A stretch of DNA of 64,000 nucleotides, taken from NCBI GenBank assembly GCA_951406725.2, contig OX597824.1:62186001-62250000 (forward strand). The letters run 5' to 3'. A model generated the notes under the pieces. That model searched no databases. It saw only the letters and a program-made list of their open reading frames with translations, and was not told the origin of the DNA. Made by a program: the position numbers and the translations under genes. The stretch is from Octopus vulgaris. Taxonomy: Eukaryota. Below are positions 12,640-25,059 of this stretch, piece after piece; position 1 is the stretch's first letter, and every line of letters starts with the position of its first letter.

Positions 12640-15600
12640 TAAAACCCAAAATACATAAATGGAAACGTGAAGAATACATTTCTATCCTACACGCTTATTT
12701 CACAGCAGTGCTCTACCCAAAAAATGAAAACACAAAAATACATACATATAAAATATGGAAGGAAAATAACATAAATATAGACTTGGATACAGCAATGAAC
12801 CCTAATAAACTAGCAAACGTACGAAGATACATTCAATTATAGATACAACATCAATTATAAACAGCATAAACCTAGCCGTCACGGGACTAATAGCCACTGA
12901 AACAAAAAGCGATATCACTGAGCTAAATGACTTAGTATACGCAGCAGCCACTGCAGCCACAAAAGAAGCTGGATACTCTCTCAAACCCATCCGAACAGGA
13001 GTACCACCACCCAAACAAAACCTGTGGATAAATAACAACCAAAACAAAATACAAAAAATGAGAAAAGATCTGTCGATTCTTAATGAAATCAGTAGACAAT
13101 CAACGCTACTGAGCAACAAAAAGAAAACAAAAATACTCCGCAAATACAACGTCACAAAAAAAATTTACCTGTGACAAAAGAAAAACTATAGCAAGATATC
13201 CTTGCCAAAGCACAAAGGATCCGCCGGTACGAAAAACGCCAGCGCTTCTTTGAACAAAACAAAAAGTTCTACCAAGAGCTTGGCAAAAATAAAATAGAAA
13301 TCACTGCAGTACCAACGGCAGAAGAAGTGGAAGAATTATGGAGAGAAATATGGTCGGCGAACGAACAACCAAAAACAAGGAGTATTAACACAACAAACGC
13401 AGCATCTGAGCAACTTTGTACCCCCATAACAACTGAAGCGGTCACCCAGGCACTGCAAAGACTCCCAGGCACTGCACCTGGGCATGAAAAGATTCCCAAC
13501 TTCTGGTTGAAATATCTAACAGGAATGCACAAAAACTGGCTGAAAATTTTAACAACATACTAGCAGAGCCAGAGACAATGCCAGAATTCCCAAATCAAAT
13601 GAGACAGCAAAACCAGAAAACTACAGACCGATAACCTGTCTCCCTACAATGTACATGCCATTTACTGCAATGATATCGCAAAGTTTGAACAAGCACCTGG
13701 ACGAAAACAACCTGTTTCCAGAAGAGCAGAAAAGATGCCGCAAAGGCTCATATGGCTGTAAAGATCAACTAATGATTAATAAAGCCATAACTGAAGACAG
13801 CCACATAAAGAAGAAAGGCCTCAGTATGACTTGGATCGACTACAAAAAGCCGTTTGATAGCATCCCCCACACATGGATCCTCGAAACACTGGCCATTAAC
13901 AAAGTAGCACCAACAATTATAAAATCCATAGGACACTCTATGGATAAATGGCAAACAGTGCTACAGCTCCAAACAAAAGAGGGACTGATGAAAACTTAAG
14001 CCATCCCCATTAGAAGAGGAATATTTCAGGGAGACACGCTTTCTCCACTCCTTTTCTGCTTGGCACTGTCACCTCTATCTGATATGCTAAATAGAACTGG
14101 ATGCGGATATAAATGTTACGGCAAAACGATCAGCCACATTTTATATATGGATGAACTAAAACTATACGCTGCAAATGTGAAACAGCTGGAAACATTATTA
14201 AAGACAGTTCATGGATTTACCAAAGAAATAGATATGAAATTTGGATTAGAAAAATGCGCCAAAGTAACCCTGAAAAGAGGAAAACTAGTTAAGAGTAGCA
14301 ACATCACACTAGATAAAACCAATGAAATAAAAGAATTAGACCAAAGCCAAACTTACAAATACTGAGGAATCCATGAACTAGATAAGACACAACACACACA
14401 AATGAAAGAGAAAATAAAAAAAAGAATATTATAGACGAGCTAGATCAATACTAAAATCAGAGCTCAATGATAAAAACAAGATAATAGGTATTAACACTTT
14501 AGCTGTCCCAGTTATAAGTTACAGCTACAATATCCTTAACTGGACACAAAATGAACTGACCAAAATAGATAGGAAAACAAGAAAAATAATGACAGGATCT
14601 AGGATGCATCACCCATAATCTGACATAGAAAGACTATATATACAACGTATAGAAGGTGGTAGAGGCCTTATACAGCTGGAAAACTACTATAAAATAACCA
14701 CCATAGGACTGCAAAAATATCTACTTCAGAAGGAAGGAAAACTTATACAAATAGCGGCAAAACACGAGCAAAACAAAAAAACTGTTCTCAGTATTTAAGG
14801 AAGCTGACAAATACAAACAAGAAATCATACCACCTAACAAATATGAAGAAGAAGAAGAGATGAAGAAACAACAAAAGCTATAAAACAAATGAAACCCAAA
14901 CTAAAACTAGAACAGCAAAGAACCATGATAAAACGATGGCAAGAAAAGCCCCTTCATGATAAATACTGGACTAAACTAAATGCAAAAGAAATAGACAAAG
15001 AAAAATCCCAGCAATGGTTGAGAAGCTCAGGACTCAAAGCAGAGCCTTAGAGATTTTTAATTGCAGCACAAGACCAAAACATCCCCACCAGAAATTATCA
15101 AAAACATGTAATGAAAAGAAATATAACAAGTAACTGCAGAATATGTGGAGATGGACAAGAAGCAATAAATCATATTATCTCTGGCTGCCCAGTCCTGGTT
15201 AAGAAGGAAAATATTCACAGACATGACAGAGTTGGAACCTACATACACTGGAAGCTATGTCAACATTATGGAATAACAACAGAAAAAAGATGTTATAGGC
15301 ACACACCAGAAAAGGTCACAGAAAACGAGAAAGCAACCATACTCTGGGATATGCCGATACACACAGATAGAGAAATTAAGGCCAACAGACCACATATAGT
15401 TGTCAGAGATCATGAAGAAAAAAAATGCTTTCTAGTTGATGTATCAATACCGGCAGATGACAACATGTCTCTAAAAGAAATGGAGAAACTTTGAAAATAC
15501 AAAGACCTGCAAATAGAGGTAACCAGAATGTGGAATCTAAAAACAGAAACAATCCCCATCATAGTAGGTGCATTAGGCATGATAAAAAAATATTCAGACG

Positions 15601-15802
15601 AATACATAACAAAAACACCAGGACTTACAAACACATATAACATACAGAAAATTGCACTACTAGGCACTGCACACATCCTACGCAGAACGCTTTCCATACA
15701 ATAACCATCAGATCATCACAACAAATCACAGCACATACCCAAGGCACACAGAGCTGCGCTCGGTAGTGAAGTGTAAGCACGCTATAAAAATAAAACTACT
15801 GA
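12640..15802 (+). mobile_element. R4/Dong retrotransposon family B, copy 1 (degraded, slightly 5'-truncated)
   Basis: Starts KPKIHKWKREEYISILHAYF (homologous to family A RNKWTREEYKEVIYAYY). RT motifs GSYGCKDQL, GIFQGDTLSPLLF, HILYMDELKLY; CRIC...INHIISGC; RHD; RPHIVV..LVDVSIP. Many stops, frameshifts and deletions; ends in a TAA-rich tail. Confidence 0.92.
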
Positions 15803-15889
15803 AAAATGACAATAATAATAATAGAAGTAGTAATAATGATAAAAATAATCATAATAATAATAATTATTATTATTATCATTATTATTGTT

Positions 15890-16445
15890 GAGTGAGAGAG
15901 CAGTGCATGCCATCAAAGTGACACATGGGTAAAATATACGAAGCCCAGTATACCAATCATGACTACCCGTCTGATAAGGGTACACTAGGCACATGCATCG
16001 CAACCATATGTGCGCGACTTGGTGATCTCATATCAAGATAAAAAGCGCATGACGTTGCAGGTGGGGCCCAGTTAGAATTTTCTTCTGGTTGAGTAGCCCA
16101 TCCCGCTCAAAAGATCCTTGAATAAGGATTGTTTAAAGATGTTGAACGAACCACCCATGTTTCCAAAGGTGAATTATCCAAATCCCTAAGGTTTCCTCTC
16201 AACACACGGCTGCGGTGCTTTCCCACCACTTCTGATCGTGATCAGAGATGCACATATCGTCAGCCACTAAGTGACATGCTCAACTGGTTAAGGTCAAACA
16301 ACTGACAAGCAAATCTGTGGTATTGAGCAGAATATTTGCCGTAGCTCATCTTTTATATCAAGACAAAACAATGTACATGATAACACTTCCAATCAGTTAA
16401 GATCAGAAGCCATGAGAGCCACTGTCTGGTACTGCTTCAGTAGCC

Positions 16446-16447
<2 letters not shown>
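15890..16447 (-). mobile_element. ~560 bp non-coding interspersed element, copy 2
   Basis: Matches 1203-1758 end to end; flanked by (TTA)n. Confidence 0.75.
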
Positions 16448-16482
<35 letters not shown>

Positions 16483-16570
16483 ATTATTATTATTATTACT
16501 ATTATTATTATTATTAATATTATTATTATTGTTAATGTTATTATTATCATTGTTTTTGTTGTTGCTGTTG

Positions 16571-16653
<83 letters not shown>

Positions 16654-16676
16654 TATTATTATCATTATTATATTAA
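16448..16676. repeat. Long imperfect (TTA)n/(TTG)n array
   Basis: Direct reading. Confidence 0.95.
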
Positions 16677-17424
16677 TGTCTTATCGCAGTTCTGTTGTAT
16701 CCTCACCGGTGCCGTGCGATATTTTCTTCCCCTGGTAACGTAACTTTTCGTACTCCGGACTGATTTTGGAGATGTTTCTATGTCTTTTGTGTCGCTGTTT
16801 GTCTTCATACTAATTATTCTATAATTAATCGTTTTTATTTTGGTTGTTGCTGGATGAAGAACGGAATAGTTCACTTTATTATTTTCCTCGTTCGAGAACA
16901 TGAGTTTTGCCTGTTTAAATTCGTTCACCGAGATAGTAATTTCTTCTTGCTTTCGTTGGGCAATATTAGCGAAGACAACCATAAGTGAGTTGTCTATTAT
17001 TTCTTCCCTTCTTCTTGTTGTGGTGGTGTGGTGTAGGTTGTAGGTATTTTGGTCGGACAGATTAAAATTGTGTTCATGTCATTTTCATGCTTTTTATTGT
17101 TTCCGTTGTGGTTCTTGCTGATATGAATTGTTGCTGGTGCTGTAGGTTTTATTGTTATTACTTGTCTCATTTAGGGTGGTAGTAGTAGTACTGGTGCTGA
17201 TTTGAGATCAACGGTGACAAAGCTGAATCACAATTTCCTTTTCTTTCAACTAGGTTTTTATCGAAGAATTTGGCGCCATGATTTTTTTTGTGCTCCAAAC
17301 ATTGTCAGTTTGAAATTGAAAAACAATTTCAGACCAAGAAGGGCCGAAATTGAATGAAGCTATGTCCTCAAAAGTTGGTTGGATAGCTCGTAAAAATATA
17401 GCACAACAAAATATAATAATGATA

Positions 17425-17642
17425 ATCCTTTCTACCAAAGGCCCAAGGCCTGAATTTTTTCCGATTGATGGGGATAGTCGATCCCATAGACCCCAGTACT
17501 TGACAGATACTTATTTCATCGACCACGAAAGGATGAAAGACAAAGTCGACTTCGGCGAAATTTGAACTCAGAGCGTAGCGACAGATGCAATACGACTAAG
17601 CATTTCGCTCAGTTGGTGACGATTCTGCCAGCTCATCACCTT
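17425..17642 (-). mobile_element. SINE-like repeat (38394 family)
   Basis: gaaaggatgaaagacaaagtcgacttcggcgaaatttgaactcagagcgta matches the family core. Confidence 0.75.
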
Positions 17643-17664
17643 GATGGTGATGATGATGATGATG

Positions 17665-17734
<70 letters not shown>

Positions 17735-17735
17735 T

Positions 17736-18503
17736 GATGGTGGCAAAAAATGACCCTTCATGGCAAATACTGGATTAAACTAAACAGAAAAGAAATAGAC
17801 AAAGCAAAATACCAACAATGGTTGAAAATCTCAGGACTCAAAGCAGAGCCTGAGGGGTTTTCAATTGCAGCACAAGATCAAATACAAGTAACTGCAGAAT
17901 ATGTTGAATTGGAGATGAAATAACAAATCGTATTGTCCCTAGCTGCCCACTCCTTGCTAAGAAGGAATATATTCTCAGACAGAACAGATTTGGGACCTAT
18001 ATACACTGGAAGCTATGCCAAAACTATGGAATAGCAAGAGAAAAAGATTTATAGGCATATGCAAGAAGAGGGCACAGAGAATGAGAAAGCAACCATACTC
18101 TGAGATATGACAATACACAGAGATAGAGAAATTCACAGCCGATAGGTTGGATATAGTTGTCAGAGATCAAGAAGAAATCCTTTCTAATCGATATGCCAAT
18201 ACCACCAGATGACAATGTTTCTCTGAAAGAACTGAAAATAGAAGTAACTCGAATGTGGGGTCTAAAAACAGAAACAATTCTTATTATATTAGTTGCAATA
18301 GAGATAAATAATAAAAACAACAGGACTAACAAGTATATAAGCATAAAGAAAATAGTACTACGAGGCACCAGACACATCCTACGTTAATAGCTTTCAGTGG
18401 AGTAAAAATACGAGCATTATCGCAAACCACGGCACATACTGAAGGCACACAACTCTGTGCTCTGTAGAGCAGTGAAAGCACGCGATGAAAATACGACTAC
18501 TGA
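17736..18503 (+). mobile_element. Diverged, 5'-truncated R4/Dong family B-like 3' fragment
   Basis: LHGKYWIKLNRKEIDK, SGLKAEPEGF.IAAQDQ, CRIC and IDMPIPPDDNVSLKE; 3'UTR similar to 15700-15802; lies between TAA arrays. Confidence 0.85.
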
Positions 18504-18517
18504 ATAATAATAATAAC

Positions 18518-18578
<61 letters not shown>

Positions 18579-18786
18579 GTAATGATAATGATGATAATAA
18601 TAATAATAATAATAGTAATGATGATAATAATAATAATAATAATAACAACAACAACAATAATAATAATAATTATTATTATCATAAGAAGAAGTGGAGGAGG
18701 AGGGGGAGGAAGAAGAAAAGAAGATGATGATGAAGAAGAAGAAGAAGAGGAAGGAGAGGAAGAAGAAGAAGAATGATAATAATAAT
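18503..18786. repeat. (TAA)n followed by (GAA/GAG)n compound repeat
   Basis: Direct reading. Confidence 0.9.
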
Positions 18787-19195
18787 ATGATTCAGTGCGA
18801 CCATCAGATAGAGAATAGGAAACCAGACATTGCGTTAATTGAGAAAGAAAGAAAACGATGCTCGATCGTAGATATAGCATGCCCTTATGACAACAAGTTA
18901 TGCGATATGGAAGAAAGAAAAGTCGATAAATCTGGCAGGTTAGCTTGGGAGGTTAGGCAGTTAGGGATGATGAAAAAGGTGATAGTAGATAATTGTCACA
19001 GCCCTGGAGACAGTGTGTATAATCTTGAGAAATACATGGAACAAATAAGGGCTGCGATAAAGAAAAAAGCACTGCTTAGAACCGCTCAAATATTCCGGAT
19101 GGTACTCGAAAAATAAGGGGTGTTACCTTAGTTCACTTAGTGAACAGCTGGTACCGTAGTACATCTCCAGCGTTGAAGGTGTGCAAAGACAATAG

Positions 19196-19196
<1 letters not shown>
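18787..19196 (+). mobile_element. R4/Dong family C 3' fragment (RLE domain plus 3'UTR)
   Basis: MIQCDHQIENRKPDIALIEKERKRCSIVDIACPYD contains the PD..D core of the restriction-like endonuclease; followed by (TAA)n at 19197-19294. Confidence 0.85.
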
Positions 19197-19274
<78 letters not shown>

Positions 19275-19294
19275 TAATAATAATAATAATAATA

Positions 19295-20040
19295 ACCATT
19301 GATCATGTCTCCAAATGCAGTCTTCTAGCGCCTACAGAGTACCCCAATAGGCATGATAGAGCTGCACAATATATTCACTGGGTAATTTGCAAAAACCTGG
19401 ATTTGCCCCATGAAAAAAACTGGTGAGAAAACAATCCACCTCCAGTGCTTGAAAATGACCACATCTCACTCCTCTGGAACTTCACCATTCAAACTGACAG
19501 GAAGATAGATGCAAATAGGCTAGACATCATATTGAAAGACATCAGACAAAGAACATGCCTCCTCATTGATATGACTGTCCCAATCGATATAAACGTATCT
19601 GTCAAGACCTACCAAAAACTGAGCAAATATAAAGATCTTGAAATAGAAATCAGCAAAATGTGGAAGCTGAAGACTAAAACAATACCTGTTGTCATAGGTG
19701 CCCTGGGAATGATAGCGAAAGGGACTGATTGCTACCTAACTCAGATACCAGGAAACCCCAAAATGGCAGAAATTCAAAAGATAGTGCTCATGGGAACTGC
19801 TCATATCCTACGCAAAATACTCTCTATGTAATCCCAAGGTTTAAAACAAACTTTTTTTTATTTTTATTTTTATTTTTTATTTTTTTAATTTTTTAAATTT
19901 TTTTTATATATTAGACATTTACTAGTACCACCCGACCCCCCAAATATATGGCACAGACCTTCCAACCTGTTGTCTCTTGAGGTCTCTGGGTGAGACTTGG
20001 AGCCAACTTGTACAGACATAAAGCAAAAGTCAAATATAGA
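19295..20040 (+). mobile_element. R4/Dong family D 3' fragment (finger remnant, RLE, 3'UTR)
   Basis: TIDHV..C..LAPTEY.NRHDRAAQYIHW, then ORF 19445-19831 LWNFTIQTDRKIDANRLDIIL...LIDMTVP...KLSKY...IPVVIGALG; flanked by TAA arrays. Confidence 0.9.
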
Positions 20041-20061
20041 ATAATAATAATAACAATACTA

Positions 20062-20153
<92 letters not shown>

Positions 20154-20770
20154 CATGGATGGACTAACGTAAAGCATATGATATGAAACCACACAGCTGG
20201 ATAAGAAGAACAGTGGAAATGTATGGAGTTGCAGAAAACACAAGAGTCTTTATATGGAATAGTATGAAATATTGGAGAACGGAATTAACAGCAGAGAATG
20301 AAATATTAAGAGAGGTGAAAATCAAGAGAGGCATCTTCCAGGGTGTCAGTGTGTCCCTACTGACCTTTGTGTTGCGAAAGGTCCCCTTGAGTGAAATACT
20401 ACAGAGAACACGTTCGGGGTATGATCTGGGAAGTGGTAGAGGAAGACTAAACTATTTGCTATTCATGCACGACTTGAAGTTATTCATAAACAGTGAAGCA
20501 GAACTTTTCTCCAATGATATGAAGATGGAGTTTGGACTCTCAAAACGTGCTACGATGGTGATGAGACGAGGAAAGCTTGTCAGGACAGAAGGCATATGTA
20601 TGCCAAGTGAAATGGTGAAGGCAATTCAAGCAAATGGGATTAAACACGACGACATGGAGGAAACGAAAAACACAGAGTACCTGTGGCGAGTGAGAGCAAT
20701 ATCGAATTGAATACCAGAAACATAATTTCGACAATGAACTCGAGCGCAATCGCAGTAGTTCTGTATGGCA
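20154..20770 (+). mobile_element. R4/Dong internal RT fragment (family E, possibly the same lineage as C)
   Basis: WMD*RKAYDMKPHSWI, RGIFQGVSVSLL, YLLFMHDLKLF, MEFGLSKRA. Confidence 0.8.
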
Positions 20771-21034
20771 CTAGATTCCTACAGCAAAAATAACAACAAA
20801 AACAACAACAAGAATATCAACAAGAATAATAATAATAGAGGTATAGAAAAAAGAACGGGCAGAAACAAGTTGAGGAGCGATGAAGCCAGAAGCCTCCGTA
20901 TTGACAGTATATCCTTCGAAGTCGAAAGTGACTCAGAAGCTCAGGAGCGAAAACAGAAAATGAAAGTTTCATATGGGCAGCGCAAGATCAAAACTTGCCT
21001 ACCAAAACTACAAAGCTGACGTTCTTCAGAACGG

Positions 21035-21739
21035 TTCTGAGGTTAAATGCAGATTCTGCGATACATTTGAAGACACAATACACCATCTCGTCTCGGGATG
21101 TCCTGTCCTGACACCAAACGAATACAAAAATCGCCACGATAGTTAAAACCGTATTTACATTAGAAAATATGTAAACGCTACAAAATCAACATTCCTGCTT
21201 ACTGAGATGAACATCATCCTGAGCCAGTCGTTGTATGTAAACATGTCGCTATCTTCTGGCATTTTCCAGTCAACACCGACAGAATGATTCAGGCTATTCA
21301 ACGAGACATAGTCATTAAATACAGAGAAAATGCTGCTTGTAGACTAATAGATGTAAGTGTTCCCACTGATAAAAATAAAGACGTGAAGGAATTTGTCAGT
21401 TTAAGTAGATATAAGGACCTGGAATTTTGAATACAAAAGCTGTGGCAGCTTACAGCAAGGACTATTCCTGTTATTGTGGGTGCCCTAGGTATGATGTGAA
21501 ATGGATGTCAAAAGCATGTAGATAATATCCCAGGAGAATCATGGCTCAGAGAAATCCAAGATTGTACTGACAAGTACTGCCCACATCCTGAGAAAAACCT
21601 TATCAATATATGTCTGTGTCGTATTACATAAAGACATTTTGCTAATACCCCTGCCACTTCCCCTCCTCAAGCTTTCAGTAACACTAGGACGCTGGGTGTG
21701 TCTTGGCAAGTGATTGACACAAACATGCAGTTTAAAGTA

Positions 21740-21740
<1 letters not shown>
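21035..21740 (+). mobile_element. R4/Dong family F 3' fragment
   Basis: KCRFCDTFEDTIHHLVSGCPVLTPNEYKNRHD, FWHFPVNTDRMIQAIQRDIVI, LIDVSVP, TIPVIVGALG; followed by a (TAA)n/(TAG)n tail. Confidence 0.85.
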
Positions 21741-21775
<35 letters not shown>

Positions 21776-22469
21776 TAGTAGTAGTACTAGTAGTAGTAGT
21801 AGTAGTAGCAGCAGCAGCAGTGGAAGGAGGAGAAGGAGGAGAGGAAGGAAATAAAAAGGAGAACGTGTGGGGGTATACATACATCATACACTTGTAATAA
21901 AGCTGAGTTTGACATTTCGAATTGTCGTTCTATTTATTCTTGTAGTGAATAGAACACAGCGATGATTATATGTCAGGCAATATAATTGTGTGATGTCTGT
22001 TAATAATTAAAATCTTTATGCTGCTTGGTTGCAAGTAACACCACTTTATTTATTCCAGCACTAATCAAATAGATCTATTATTATAGGCGTTCCAGCATTG
22101 GACAGTTGTCTCCTTTTTGCTTGAGGTATATCTTTTCTGCATAACGTACGGATGTGACTCGGAGGAGTTTGGTCATTAATTCTAGCAAAGTGGTTGACTG
22201 CGTTGAGATTTTCGTATTGGCATGCGTATTGTTAATGTGACGTTGCAAAATAAAGGATCTTGGTAAATAAAAGTTAAACAGTGATGTACATTTTTACATT
22301 ATTTATTTTATCAAAGATTTGTTTCGATAAGCATCGAAATGGCCATATTGTCGAAAGAGTTGTACTATGCAGTGATCCAGCATACAATTTCGCATCTCCA
22401 CATAACATCATGCGTACAGTTTTATTCATATCGATTACAACTGAAAAATTATTATATATACTTTTTCTA

Positions 22470-23830
22470 CTGTTCATGTCAGGTTGTAAAGTCAATTCTG
22501 ACACAGTAAAAAGAAAGACTGTTCAATTTTTCTCATTGTAGTTTGATAGAAATAGCACACAAAATTCCAGTAAATGACAATCTTCAATCTTCAACAGAAA
22601 AGTAAAAGGAAATTAGAGTTTGAAAAATATGGTTTTATATACAATGCTGTATTTCTTCTGACACCTCATGCTCGGAGTTCATATACCGGCGAGGTAAAAC
22701 AATGTTGCCGTGATTTTGAAGTCGATCGAATAAAGAAGCTATTCTTTGTGGTGTACTGGATCAATCGATATTCCATTTATTTAAGAACAAATGCAATCTT
22801 CTAGCTGGTGGTATATGACCGTATAGGCTGCAAGACTATATCACAACAGTCTAACGAATTTAATACTTTGTCTGTGGTTCAAAGTCTTAACAGATGACAA
22901 CTTAGGTGTTCTCAAGACAACATAATTGAATGACAGTCTGGGTGAGAGGTATTTATATCTATTCCGTTTGTAAACTGATTCTATAGTGCGATTAATATTT
23001 CTGTGACTTATTTCAGATTTCTTTACATATTTTTTTATGTCATCACTCAGAAACAAGCCTCTTTAACTAGGATTGCCCAAGCATGTTACGCATTAGATTG
23101 TCTTTCGTAATTTTAACATCGAAATATAGAGGTAGAGTGAATAATATGTATAAGCGAAGCAATAATTTATTGTTAGCATTTTTAAAAGATTGATCGTTAA
23201 ACATATGAAAAGTTTTGATCAATAACTCTCGTGTAATCAATAAATCTCATGTAATCAATATATGACATGGAAGAATATCGACATCAAGCCTATTCTTTAA
23301 ATTGAAATAAGGAAAGATGTGTTATAGAAACTCGATTAAAATATCAAACAATGGCTGCCCCAATATGAAGAACACCAAGAACAAATTCCTAGTTGTAACT
23401 CTCGAGACCCTGAAGCTTGCATATTTAGCCTGGTGTGCATGATAAACGTTAGTTATCTATGCGGCAGAACTCATAGCGATTCTTCAAGATAACGTTAATG
23501 AGGATATAGACTACATCTGTTTATGCAACGACAATTTTGAAACCACCAGTCTCCGTTAATCGACAAAAGTAAGACAATATGTCGGCTAGCCACGTCTAGG
23601 ATTTAAAGACCAACAGCACACCGAATAAATCAGGAAGAGAATCGTGGGAAAATTCAGGACGTATGTAAATAGATCTAAGAGATGCAATTTATGCGTAACT
23701 GAATGGTCGAATATTCTTTTTAGATCAAAGAATTCCATTACCTTAATTCATACTAGATCCGAAATTTTCAGCAGATGCGAGCATATCAATTAATTTGTTT
23801 TTGGTAAAACACCACCGTCTCCGGATTGCC
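22470..23830 (+). mobile_element. Heavily decayed Penelope-like element (RT thumb/linker plus GIY-YIG endonuclease remnant)
   Basis: Fragments PSCNSRDPEACIFSLVCMINVSYLC (CNCR..CPL.G.C...VVY-like), DYICLCNDNF (YIG-like), YVNRSKRCNLCVTE and LIHTRSEIFSRCEH (LNKRSE..SKCRH-like) occur in the expected order at ~23385-23785. The left boundary is uncertain. Confidence 0.7.
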
Positions 23831-24148
23831 CGTCTCCGTTTAATTGTTCAATAAAAACTAGATTAATTATGACTTATACTGTTAAAGAGGACATAAATCT
23901 AATTTTCTTCCGTTTCCGTTTTCCATTCTTATTCACCCTTTGTCTCCACTTTCTACTTCTTGTGTCAAAGTTTTTTTTTTCTCGTTGTTTGTACCAGCGT
24001 TTCAAATAGAATAAACCATGTACTCAGAGATTTACGATTGCTTGTAGACACAAGGTACGTTATAAAAATATGTCTACCACGTATCTTAATGGTACAAAAC
24101 TATTCCAAAATTACACACACACACGCACACACACACATATATATATTG

Positions 24149-24191
<43 letters not shown>

Positions 24192-24439
24192 GAGAGAGAT
24201 ATAGATATAGATATACATATACATATATATACATACATACACACACAGACACACACACACATATATATTTGAGGTGTGTTGTATTAAGAACGTATTAGAA
24301 TAAAAATAGAGCTACTTAGAATTCCTAAATAGCCGGTAGTATTCTTATGGTATGCTAGGAATTGTAGTCTTGGGTATTCCTCGAAATTAAAAAGTAAACG
24401 AGTCAAAAGGAAGTGTAAGTACAGTTTAGCAGCTTTTTA

Positions 24440-24561
24440 ATCACTACAAATGTTTCGATTCATACAGATCTTCATATATACAGGATTTAAAGTTAAGCTT
24501 AAATTAAATCATGTAACGATTTACCTGTATAAGAAAATCTATATGTATCTCTTCATGCGAT
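24440..24561 (-). ncRNA. Degenerate type I hammerhead ribozyme motif with long stem II
   Basis: Minus strand: stem I ATCGC, core aTGAAGA (C3 mutated), ~26 bp imperfect stem II, GAAAC-attt-GTA, then GTGAT pairing with ATCGC. Confidence 0.6.
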
Positions 24562-25059
24562 ATTCAGCTGCTGTCTCCGAAAGTAAATCTAGATTTCCAT
24601 GCTACCACATCCATGGCTTCTTCTTTGAAACCAACAAACGTTGACGGTTTCAATTCGTTCGGTGGGAGAGTGTTATCACGTTCGACATGAGCTGCAATGT
24701 TCACGTTGTCTGTTTATTTACTTAGCTTCAACACGTTATTCTGCTCATGCCAAACTGTACCATTACGCAAAATACATTCATCCATTAGCTCAGACTTATA
24801 CAATCACTTACACACTGATACACCATACATACGTACATATATTCAGATGCACACACGCATACATATACTCACCTACATATCAATAAGCACATCCACATCT
24901 ATACATAGACGCTTATACATTTATCTACTCATTTTTAAGTATATAGTTATATCGTTGAACGCTCCATCATAAATACACACTTCTATACATAAATGAAGGC
25001 GGTAAAAATACATGCATAAATTAGCCCTATGAAGTTCTTGGACTAACATTATAAAGTCT

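Noticed and set aside
8822-15697. Minus-strand ORFs within the Dong elements
   Set aside because: These are antisense shadows of the retrotransposon ORF with no independent motif.
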